Shown piece after piece: positions 15,333 through 22,963 of a stretch of DNA of 64,000 nt. The stretch is from the NCBI GenBank assembly GCA_002737345.1, contig NSIK01000004.1, forward strand, positions 128,327 through 192,326. The letters run 5' to 3'. The notes under the pieces are model-generated. The model worked only from the letters and a program-made list of their open reading frames with translations. It did not search any database and was not told where the DNA came from. A program made the translations under genes and the position numbers. The first letter of the stretch is position 1; each line of letters begins with the position of its first letter. The DNA is from Nitrospirota bacterium (lineage in GTDB: Bacteria; Nitrospirota; Nitrospiria; Nitrospirales; Nitrospiraceae).

Positions 15333-18300
15333 CTATCTGCCGGTCGGTGCTTGCCCCGGCTCTTCCGGTATCCAATCTGCTTCTTGCGTGGCCGCGTCCG
15401 TATGGCGTGGGAACCGTTCTTCTAACATCACATAGATCGTAGGCACGAGAAAGAGCGTGAGGATTGTCGAGACGCTAAGTCCTCCGACGACCGTGCGGGC
15501 CAGGGGGGCATTTGTTTCTCCGCCCGTGCCCCAGCCGATCGCCATAGGCAGCAGCCCTGCGACGGTGGCGAGGGAGGTCATGAGGATGGGGCGGAGTCTC
15601 GTCCGCGCCGCCGTGATGGCCGCGTCATGTAACTCGCGTCCTTTCCTCCGCAGCACATTCGTGTAATCCACCAACAGGACGCCATTCGATACCACGATGC
15701 CCAGCATCATGATGATACCCATCATCGAGGTGGTGGAGAGGGTCGTGTCGGTCAGGAAGAGGATCAGGATGACGCCGGGGAAGCCCATCGGGACCGCAAA
15801 CATGATGACGAAGGGGTCGATCAGCGATTTGAACTGGGCGGCCATCACCATATAGACGAGAATGAGCGCCAGGACTGTGGCAAATATCAGTCCCTCGAAG
15901 GTTTCTCGCTGCTGTTGGATCTGGCCGGCCAACTTGATACTGAAACCGGTGGGGAGCTGGATCTTGGCAAAGCCCGCTTCCAGGTCGGCCCCGATGGCGC
16001 CCAGGTCCCGGTTCACCGGGTTGGCAGTCAGATGGACCACCCGCTGGAAGTATTTGCGCTCGATCTTCACCGGGCCGGCATTCAGCTTGAGCGAAGCCAC
16101 GTTCTTGAGGAGGACCGGCTCACCGGTCTTGGTGGTCAGCACGATGTTCTCGATATCCGTAAGGTCTTGGCGATGCTCTTCCGCGAGCCAGGCGCTGATG
16201 TAGTACTCGTTCCCGCTTTGCGGGTCGGTATAGATGATGGGATCGGTTTGACCGTTGCCGTTGAGTGAGAAGAGCACCGCGTTGGCCACGTCCGTTTCGC
16301 TGATGCCCAGCAGGGCAGCCTTCTCGCGATCCACCACGACGTTGACTTCTGGATAGTTCTCCTCGCGGCTGACTTCGATATCGACCAGGCCTGGGATACG
16401 GTGCATTATGGTCTCGACCTCGCGGATGACCCCGCGAGCTTTTTCGAAATCGTAGCCGTAGATCTCCACATCGACGGATTTCTGCGATCCGAAGCTGGTG
16501 ACTCGCTTCACGAGCCCGCCCGGATCGAAGAACATCGCGACACCCGGAAAGAGCTTGAGCACTTTGGGCCTTACGTCGTTCATGATCTGCACTTGGCTCC
16601 GCTTCCGTTTATCCGGTGAGACCAGATAGACGGAAATGACCGACGTATGGGGGCCGGTGTTCGGATTGAAGAGGGAGGAGCGGCCCTGAGCCAGGACGCC
16701 GGTGCTGGAAATGATGGTTCCCAGTTCCTCGACCGGGATCTGGGCCCGCAGCACCCGTTCGACTTCCGCTACTTGTTGCTCGGTTTTTTCCACGCGCTGA
16801 CCGACCGGCCCTCGCAGCACGATGCGGAACTGGCTTTCGTCCGACACAGGGAGAAATTCCGTGCCGATCTTGGGCACCAGTGCGAGCGAGGCGGCGAAGA
16901 GAAACAGGATGCCGCCGATGAAGAGCGTGCGATGGGCCAGGACCCAGCAAAGCGAGTCTTCATAGCCCCGGTCCAGAGACTCATACCGTTCGCGGCTCCA
17001 ATCCATCATCCGCACGAACCAGCGCGGCATCGACTGATGGGCTTCCTGCTCCGGCTTGAGGAATTTGTAGCAGAGCGCCGGCGTCACTGTGCGGGAGACG
17101 AAGAAAGAGGTGAAGAGCGAAAGCGCGATCGTGATGGTCAGGGGAATCAGGAGCAAACGGGCAATGCCTGCGACGAAGAAAATCGGGAGGAATACGACGA
17201 CCGTGGTGATGGTCGAGGCCAGAATCGGCATCGCCACTTCGCGCGCCGCTTCCAGGATCGCGTCCCAGCGGCGGGGTGTGCTGTTGAGGTGGCGCTGAAT
17301 GTTCTCCAGCTCCACGATGGAGTCGTCGACCAGCCGGCCGATGCCCAGGGCCAGGCCTCCCAGCGTGAACACGTTCAGGGTTTGCCCGGAGAAATAGAGC
17401 ACAATGAAGGTCACCATGATCGAAAGGGGAATGGAGACGGAAATGATCAGGGTGCTGGTGAAATTACGGAGGAAGATCAGGATGACGAGCGCGGCCAGCA
17501 GCGATCCATGCAGCGCCTGTTCGACGAGGTTGTTGATCGATTGGCGGATGTAGACCGATTGGTCGAAGGAAATGCCGAGCTTCACGCTGGACGGGATGCC
17601 AACCATCTTCGGCAGGGCTTTGCGTAGCGCATCCACCACCGCCACAGTGTTGGCGATGGGCTGTTTATTGACGCGTAAATAGACGGCTCTGGCCCCGTCC
17701 GTCCGGACGATGTTGGTCTGAATGTCCGACGAATCGGTCACGGTCCCGACGTCCCGCACCCGTACGGGGCTGCCCTGTGGGTTCACCTTCACGATCACGT
17801 CCTGGATCGGGTCGACCGTGCGAAACTGATTGTTGGTGAAGACGTTGTAGTCCAGATTGCCCGCCTTGATGTCGCCGGAGGGCAGAATCAGGTTGGCGGC
17901 CTTCACGGATTTGACGACGTCGAGGATCGAGAGGCTCCTGGCGTTCAAGAGGGCCGGGTCGAGGTTGATATTGATCTGGCGGATCTTTCCGCCTTCCACT
18001 GTGGCGGCGGCGACGTCGGCGATCTGTTCGATCTGCGGAGCAATCGTGTTGTAGGCCAGGTCGTAGAGGGCCCGTTCGTCCAGATCGTCGCTGGAGACCG
18101 TCACGATGGAGACGGGGATATTGGAGACGTCGAATTTGACGATAAAGGGCTGCAAGATGCCGGGCGGCAGGCTGTTCAGGATCTGCGTGACCCGCTGCAT
18201 CACTTCCATCTGGCCGACGTTGATGTCCGCGCCCCAGTTGAACCAGATTTGCACCGCGCCGATGCCCTGCTTGGCGAAGGACTCGACATGCTCGACGTTC

Positions 18301-18524
18301 GAGGCGGAGCTCACGGCTTTTTCGATGGGATAGACGACGCTTTGTTCGATGTCGAGGGGCGGCGCGCCTTTATAGATGACGCCGACGAAGGCCACCGGCA
18401 CTTGAATCTGGGGGAAGAGGTCGACTGGCAGCCGCTGCAGCGAGGTGGCGCCCAGCAGCACCATGGCCAGGGACAGCATCAAGATCCCGATGCGATTGCG
18501 AAGTGCGAGAAGGGTTAACCACAT
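15333..18524 (-). CDS. RND efflux transporter, inner-membrane permease (AcrB/HAE1-like)
   Basis: 1063 aa, 12-TM RND architecture with two large periplasmic loops. Confidence 0.95.
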   Translation of the reverse strand: MWLTLLALRNRIGILMLSLAMVLLGATSLQRLPVDLFPQIQVPVAFVGVIYKGAPPLDIEQSVVYPIEKAVSSASNVEHVESFAKQGIGAVQIWFNWGADINVGQMEVMQRVTQILNSLPPGILQPFIVKFDVSNIPVSIVTVSSDDLDERALYDLAYNTIAPQIEQIADVAAATVEGGKIRQININLDPALLNARSLSILDVVKSVKAANLILPSGDIKAGNLDYNVFTNNQFRTVDPIQDVIVKVNPQGSPVRVRDVGTVTDSSDIQTNIVRTDGARAVYLRVNKQPIANTVAVVDALRKALPKMVGIPSSVKLGISFDQSVYIRQSINNLVEQALHGSLLAALVILIFLRNFTSTLIISVSIPLSIMVTFIVLYFSGQTLNVFTLGGLALGIGRLVDDSIVELENIQRHLNSTPRRWDAILEAAREVAMPILASTITTVVVFLPIFFVAGIARLLLIPLTITIALSLFTSFFVSRTVTPALCYKFLKPEQEAHQSMPRWFVRMMDWSRERYESLDRGYEDSLCWVLAHRTLFIGGILFLFAASLALVPKIGTEFLPVSDESQFRIVLRGPVGQRVEKTEQQVAEVERVLRAQIPVEELGTIISSTGVLAQGRSSLFNPNTGPHTSVISVYLVSPDKRKRSQVQIMNDVRPKVLKLFPGVAMFFDPGGLVKRVTSFGSQKSVDVEIYGYDFEKARGVIREVETIMHRIPGLVDIEVSREENYPEVNVVVDREKAALLGISETDVANAVLFSLNGNGQTDPIIYTDPQSGNEYYISAWLAEEHRQDLTDIENIVLTTKTGEPVLLKNVASLKLNAGPVKIERKYFQRVVHLTANPVNRDLGAIGADLEAGFAKIQLPTGFSIKLAGQIQQQRETFEGLIFATVLALILVYMVMAAQFKSLIDPFVIMFAVPMGFPGVILILFLTDTTLSTTSMMGIIMMLGIVVSNGVLLVDYTNVLRRKGRELHDAAITAARTRLRPILMTSLATVAGLLPMAIGWGTGGETNAPLARTVVGGLSVSTILTLFLVPTIYVMLEERFPRHTDAATQEADWIPEEPGQAPTGR

Positions 18525-18531
18525 AATGAAG

Positions 18532-18652
18532 ATGTAAAATGTAAAATGTGAGACGTGAAACGTAAGACGTGAGGGAATGAGATGGGACGTGGAAGGCGGA
18601 ACGCTGTATTCACAGGATGTTTCACGTTCTACGTCTTACCTTTTACGGCGTC
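18532..18652 (-). repeat. intercistronic inverted heptamer array, ACGTGAR type (copy 4, largest)
   Basis: ATGTAAA ATGTAAA ATGTGAG ACGTGAA ACGTAAG ACGTGAG plus 3 degenerate units, spacer, then 4 inverted units that overlap the last 8 codons of the MFP gene. Confidence 0.85.
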
Positions 18653-19816
18653 TGTTGATTGCGTCTGCACCGCGGTTCCGTCATGCACGAGGTCTTTCCC
18701 TGAGACGATCACCTGTTCGGATCCGTCCAGGCCCTTGGTGATCTCGACCCGGTTGTCCTCGCGGACGCCGATTTCTACCGGCATACGCTGGGCCTTGCCC
18801 TCGCGCACAATATAGACATATTGGGCATCTTCCAATCGGCTGACCGCGTCGATGGGGATCTGAATCGCGTTGCGATGACTGCCGACCAGGACCTCGACGC
18901 GGGCGAACATGCCGCCCTTCAAGACATGGTCCTTGTTCGGGAGGTCCACTTCGACTGTCATGGTGCGGGTGGCCCGGTTCAGAGCCTGGACGATTCTGGT
19001 GACCGTGCCTTCGAAGATTCGCTCGGGATAGGCCTCGGCTCGCACATCTGCCTTTTGCCCCACCTGGATGAGCGGGACGTCTTTCTCGACCACCTCGATC
19101 AGAATGCGGACCGTCTGGATTTCATGGAGCGTGAGGATGCCGCGCGAGATGGTGGAGGTGCCGGCGGTGGCGCCGCTGACATAGGCGCCAAGATCGAGGT
19201 TGCGCTCTGCCACATAGCCGGCGAAGGGCGCGCGGATATAGGAGTAGGCCAGGTTTGTTTCGGCTTGGGCCTGGGCGACCGCCATTTGCTGGACCTGCGC
19301 GCCGAGCGAGTCGAGCGCCGCCACCGCTGCGTCGTACGAGACCTGGGCATTATCCAGATCCTGTTGCGAGACGAACTGGTCTTTGATCAGCGCCCTCATC
19401 CGATGAAGGGTGAGAGTGGCATTGCGGACGCTCGCATCCTGCTGCGCGACCCTTGCTCTGGCTGCCGCCAGATTGGCCTTGGCCTGGTTGACGGCATGTT
19501 GGTAATCCGTATGGTCGATCTCGACCAGAAGTTGGCTGGCCTTCACCAGGTCGCCCTTGTCGACGTAGATCTTGCCGATGTAGCCGTCCACCCGCGAGAA
19601 CAGATTGACCACCTGGTTGGGGATGATGTCGGCGGTATAGGCGAGCCGAATGTCCAGGTCCTGTTTGAGCGGCGTCGCGGTGGCGACGGTGATGACGCGG
19701 GCGTTGCGGACATCGCTCTTGGCGCCGCTGCTGAGGCGAAACACGACGAGGGCCGTGACCGCAAAGAAAATGATCACGCCGAGCGTGACGATCGGATGTT
19801 GCTTCAAGGAATTCAT
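18629..19816 (-). CDS. RND efflux periplasmic adaptor (membrane fusion protein, HlyD family)
   Basis: N-terminal TM anchor, coiled-coil hairpin region, beta-barrel C-terminus; position immediately upstream of the RND permease. Confidence 0.9.
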   Translation of the reverse strand: MNSLKQHPIVTLGVIIFFAVTALVVFRLSSGAKSDVRNARVITVATATPLKQDLDIRLAYTADIIPNQVVNLFSRVDGYIGKIYVDKGDLVKASQLLVEIDHTDYQHAVNQAKANLAAARARVAQQDASVRNATLTLHRMRALIKDQFVSQQDLDNAQVSYDAAVAALDSLGAQVQQMAVAQAQAETNLAYSYIRAPFAGYVAERNLDLGAYVSGATAGTSTISRGILTLHEIQTVRILIEVVEKDVPLIQVGQKADVRAEAYPERIFEGTVTRIVQALNRATRTMTVEVDLPNKDHVLKGGMFARVEVLVGSHRNAIQIPIDAVSRLEDAQYVYIVREGKAQRMPVEIGVREDNRVEITKGLDGSEQVIVSGKDLVHDGTAVQTQSTDAVKGKT

Positions 19817-20460
19817 CGCGCACGCCTCCCCGGCGTCGTACGGCTGGCTGGTGGCTTGATCAGACTGGTGAGGAACAGATCGACGTAGGTCGAGACCGTC
19901 TCCTCGTGGGATTGATGCATCGGGACGTCGAAAATTTCATGGAGTAAACGGTGATGAACGACCATGCCGATGAAGGCACGGGCTGCCAGCAGGGGATCGA
20001 CCGGGCGAAAGGCTCCGTCGTCGATCCTGGTTCGAATGTAGGAAGCCAGGTGGTCGTAGAACACTTTATGGTGTTTACCGAAGAACATCTCGGAGAGTTC
20101 ATGTCCCTCCAGGGCGCTGAATAGCAAGAGCCGTAAGAGAGTCGAGTCGACGTCGGGGCGAATGCGAGAGCTCGCGATTATGGTGAAGACGCGATGGTCG
20201 TCCCGTCTTTGGGAGGCCCCCTCCACCGCTTCAAGTAGTTCGTTGACGGTCACTTTCTCCGCCAGAATCGCAGCGTAGAGCGCCCGTTTTGTCGGGAAAT
20301 ACTTGAAGACCAGGGCCTCGCTCACGCCTGCCGCCTTGGCGATTTCTTTGGTCGTGGTGCCGCTGAATCCCTTGGCGGCAAAGAGCGACGCAGCCGCAGC
20401 AATCAAGCCGGCTTGCCGTTCTCTGCTGGAGGGGCGCATGGTTCGAGCGGTCTGTTGCAT
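19813..20460 (-). CDS. TetR/AcrR family transcriptional regulator
   Basis: HTH FAAKGFSGTTTKEIAKAAGVSEALVFKYFPTK; start set at ATG 20460 (GGGAG Shine-Dalgarno); 4-nt overlap with the MFP gene. Confidence 0.85.
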   Translation of the reverse strand: MQQTARTMRPSSRERQAGLIAAAASLFAAKGFSGTTTKEIAKAAGVSEALVFKYFPTKRALYAAILAEKVTVNELLEAVEGASQRRDDHRVFTIIASSRIRPDVDSTLLRLLLFSALEGHELSEMFFGKHHKVFYDHLASYIRTRIDDGAFRPVDPLLAARAFIGMVVHHRLLHEIFDVPMHQSHEETVSTYVDLFLTSLIKPPASRTTPGRRAR

Positions 20461-20477
20461 CGAGCTCCCATGAGTGA

Positions 20478-20493
20478 GTGAGTAGTTACTCAC
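20478..20493. promoter_or_regulatory. palindrome GTGAGTA-GT-TACTCAC, candidate TetR operator
   Basis: Inverted repeat between the predicted -10 and the tetR start codon. Confidence 0.4.
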
Positions 20494-20498
20494 CTCAA

Positions 20499-20528
20499 AC
20501 AATAGCATGAAGAGAGGATTCCTGACAA
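20499..20528 (-). promoter_or_regulatory. candidate promoter of the tetR-MFP-RND operon (TTGTCA-18-TATTGT on minus strand)
   Basis: Hexamers read from the minus strand; operator-like palindrome directly downstream. Confidence 0.4.
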
Positions 20529-20570
20529 GAAATGATCGGGTTTGTTGTCGAGCCGGCCGGAGGGGGTTGA

Positions 20571-21152
20571 TTAAAACACGGTGGCGGAATTGCCTTCGGT
20601 GATTTTGAGGCGGAGCTCCTGGCTTTCGAAGAAAATGATGCCCCGGTCCGTGGCGGTTTCGTACCGGAGGTTGATGTCGCTCTCGAACCCGGTCCAACTG
20701 TAAAATTTGACGGGGCCTCCGGTAAATTGTCCTGGTGTGCGGTCGAGCGAGCCATAGCGTGATTGGAGATAGGCCAGGATTTGTTCGTGGGTCGCTTTGC
20801 CTTGGTAGCGGACGGTAACGCGCGCGAACTTCCCGTCAACGGTCAGGAACCTCATGGAATCGACCTTCGCTGGGCCGAGCGAGGGAGCTCCGGTCTTCAG
20901 TTCGTGGGTTTGCGCGGGGCCAGCATCCTCAACTTTGACAAAGGTGTCGGTTTCCGAGAAGGCTGCGCCCCAGGGAATGCCTTCGAAGCCGTTGGGGTCG
21001 TTTTGCATCGGCACGGCAAAGGCCAGGCTGCCGGCGAGGGTGAGCAGGCAGAGGGCTTGGACCAGGATGCTCAAAAAAGCCAAGGCGTACCCCTTAGGGT
21101 CCGTTGAGGCCCTGAACAATGGGAGAGCGAAGTTGGCGGTCTGTTTTAGCAT
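20571..21152 (-). CDS. secreted protein, unknown family (tandem paralog 1)
   Basis: Aligns along its length with 21157-21690 (NDPNGF(E/Q)G..WGA, FARV..RYQG, GSLDR.PGQ); the first 24 codons lie inside the repeat element. Confidence 0.6.
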   Translation of the reverse strand: MLKQTANFALPLFRASTDPKGYALAFLSILVQALCLLTLAGSLAFAVPMQNDPNGFEGIPWGAAFSETDTFVKVEDAGPAQTHELKTGAPSLGPAKVDSMRFLTVDGKFARVTVRYQGKATHEQILAYLQSRYGSLDRTPGQFTGGPVKFYSWTGFESDINLRYETATDRGIIFFESQELRLKITEGNSATVF

Positions 21153-21155
21153 CCT
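21064..21155 (-). repeat. shortened (~92 nt) copy E of the ~120-nt element
   Basis: Reverse complement reads AGGATGCTAAAACAGACCGCCAACTTCGCTCTC...GGGGTACGCCTTGGCTTTTTTGAGCATCCT; ~30 nt of the right arm are deleted. Confidence 0.8.
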
Positions 21156-21156
21156 A

Positions 21157-21690
21157 TTACTCTGCTGAATCGGTGATGCGGTCGTTGAATCGAGGAGCCA
21201 GGGCCCGGCTGTCGATGAAAATAAATCCTCGCTCCGTGTTGGCATGATAGGTCAGGCTGATCTCCGTATCAATCCCGCGCCAGGTATATTGCTGATTGAG
21301 GCCTCGCAGCATCTGTCCAGGAATACGATCCAGAGAACCGAATTGTCGTTCAAGATAGGTCAGGATCTGTTTGTGCCGATCATCGCCTTGGTAGCGGATG
21401 ATCACACGGGCAAATTGATCGTCGACCGCTAAGAGCCGGACGCTTTCGACCGGGATTCCGGCATAGGACGGAGCGCCGCTCCGCAATTGGAATTCGTTCA
21501 CATGGGGGCCTGCTCTGGTGACTTCCACCTCCTGCCGTTCCGTCAGGGTGGCGCCCCAGGTCAGGCCCTGGAACCCGTTCGGATCGTTGACCATCGAGAC
21601 TGCCTGGGCTGACAGGGGATGGCCCACCGAGAGGACGAGCCCCAAGAGGAGGAAGTACAGGCCTGCGCGATTCTGTTGCCGTTCGATCAT
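21157..21690 (-). CDS. secreted protein, unknown family (tandem paralog 2)
   Basis: Signal peptide LLLGLVLSVGHPLSAQA; paralogous to 20571-21152. Confidence 0.65.
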   Translation of the reverse strand: MIERQQNRAGLYFLLLGLVLSVGHPLSAQAVSMVNDPNGFQGLTWGATLTERQEVEVTRAGPHVNEFQLRSGAPSYAGIPVESVRLLAVDDQFARVIIRYQGDDRHKQILTYLERQFGSLDRIPGQMLRGLNQQYTWRGIDTEISLTYHANTERGFIFIDSRALAPRFNDRITDSAE

Positions 21691-21739
21691 CTCGCAACGC
21701 TATCACGGTCGATTTGATGGCGCAACTCCCTCAGTTTTG

Positions 21740-21769
21740 TTGAGAATGTCGCGAGGCATAGCTTATAAT
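21740..21769 (+). promoter_or_regulatory. candidate sigma70 promoter (TTGAGA-18-TATAAT)
   Basis: Perfect -10 hexamer 42 nt upstream of ATG 21811. Confidence 0.4.
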
Positions 21770-21810
21770 AGCGGGCTTTTCCATGTGCTTAGCGGCGAGG
21801 AACCGACACG

Positions 21811-22308
21811 ATGATTGAAAGCGATGCATTCGTTCAAGCCCTGCAAGATATCGGGGTGGATTTCTTTACGGGGGTCCCCGACTCGATCCTGGGCGGCATC
21901 ATTGCCGAGCTGATGGAACGGCGGATCTATGTCCCGGCCGTGCGAGAAGATGAAGCAGTGGCCATGGCAGCCGGGGCCTATATGGCAGGCAAGATCCCGG
22001 CTGTGCTCATGCAGAATTCCGGGCTGGGGACGTCCCTCAATACGATTATTTCCTTGAACGCGATGTACCGCCAGCCCTGCCTCCTGATCGTGTCCTGGCG
22101 TGGTCAGCATGGCAAGGATGCGCCGGAGCATCTGGTGATGGGCGAGGTGATGGAGCCATTTTTGGATCTCATGCAGATCCCCCACCGGACCCTGACGGAA
22201 AAGACGGCGGTCGAGGATCTGAAGTGGCTGGCGGAAACCTTTATGAAGCAGCGGGTTCCCGTTGCCCTCTTGATTACCAAAGGTGTCGTGAAAGGGTTGC
22301 ACCCATGA
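21811..22308 (+). CDS. phosphonopyruvate/sulfopyruvate decarboxylase family, alpha (N-terminal TPP pyrimidine-binding) subunit
   Basis: FFTGVPDS...AVREDEAVAMAAGAYMAGK...MQNSGLG pattern of the Ppd/ComD N-terminal half. Confidence 0.75.
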   Translation: MIESDAFVQALQDIGVDFFTGVPDSILGGIIAELMERRIYVPAVREDEAVAMAAGAYMAGKIPAVLMQNSGLGTSLNTIISLNAMYRQPCLLIVSWRGQHGKDAPEHLVMGEVMEPFLDLMQIPHRTLTEKTAVEDLKWLAETFMKQRVPVALLITKGVVKGLHP

Positions 22309-22883
22309 GGCCTGAACAGGGAACCATGCAGAGTCGGGCGATGGCCATGGCGGCCTTGATGGAATTGCTGACTGATCAGCCGGTGATCATTTGCAACGGG
22401 TTCCCTTCGCGGGAGGCCCAGAAAATCGCCGACCGCCCAACCCACTTTTACATGATCGGATCCATGGGGTCGGCTGCGGCGATCGGGCTGGGCGTGGCGC
22501 TGGCCAAACCGAAGAAGCAAGTCGTGATCTTCGACGGCGATGGAAATGTGCTGATGGGAATGGGCACCCTGGCCACGATCGGCGCGCTCAAGCCGAAGAA
22601 TTTCATTCATGTGGTGTTCGACAACGAAGTCTACGGGACGACTGGCAATCAGCCGACGATTTCCAATGTGGTCCCGCTGGAGAAGGTGGCGAAGGCGGCC
22701 GGCTATGTGAACGTTGAGCGGGTCCGGGAACGGGAAGACCTTGTCTACGAGTTCAAGGACATGCTGAAGAAGGACGGGCCGAGCATGTTGCTGGTGAAAG
22801 TCAACGAGATGGTGGAAGATGCCGGTCGCGTGATGCTGGATCCGCCGGACATAACAAAGCGGTTTATGCAGGCAATACAATAG
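22305..22883 (+). CDS. phosphonopyruvate/sulfopyruvate decarboxylase family, beta (C-terminal TPP diphosphate-binding) subunit
   Basis: TPP motif GDGNVLMGMGTLATIG...NFIHVVFDN; ATGA overlap with the alpha subunit. Confidence 0.75.
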   Translation: MRPEQGTMQSRAMAMAALMELLTDQPVIICNGFPSREAQKIADRPTHFYMIGSMGSAAAIGLGVALAKPKKQVVIFDGDGNVLMGMGTLATIGALKPKNFIHVVFDNEVYGTTGNQPTISNVVPLEKVAKAAGYVNVERVREREDLVYEFKDMLKKDGPSMLLVKVNEMVEDAGRVMLDPPDITKRFMQAIQ

Positions 22884-22960
22884 CGATCAGCCCTCAGCTG
22901 TCGGCTGTCAGCGTTCGAAAAAGCTGACGGTTGAAAGCTGATTGCTGAAAGCTGAAGGGG
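22883..22960 (+). repeat. intercistronic inverted heptamer array, GCNNTCA/GCTGARR type (copy 2)
   Basis: 5 units GCGATCA GCCCTCA GCTGTCG GCTGTCA GCGTTCG, AAAAA, 5 units GCTGACG GTTGAAA GCTGATT GCTGAAA GCTGAAG; starts at the ppd-beta stop and ends 3 nt before ATG 22964. Confidence 0.85.
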
Positions 22961-22963
22961 AAT

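Noticed and set aside
16647-17627. 326-aa plus-strand ORF (and many similar ones, e.g. 39673-40749, 48696-49703, 43554-44315, 22104-22880, 23087-23944)
   Set aside because: These are antisense or off-frame shadows inside confidently identified genes (acrB-like, murD, ftsZ, murC, and the decarboxylase and transaminase genes). Their Arg/His/Gly/Pro-rich, low-complexity translations are typical of GC-rich non-coding frames.
18532-18594. Possible CRISPR or other spacer-containing array
   Set aside because: The period is 7 nt with no spacers, the array is under 70 nt, an inverted partner arm is present, and there are no cas genes. It is a tandem-heptamer hairpin, not a CRISPR array.
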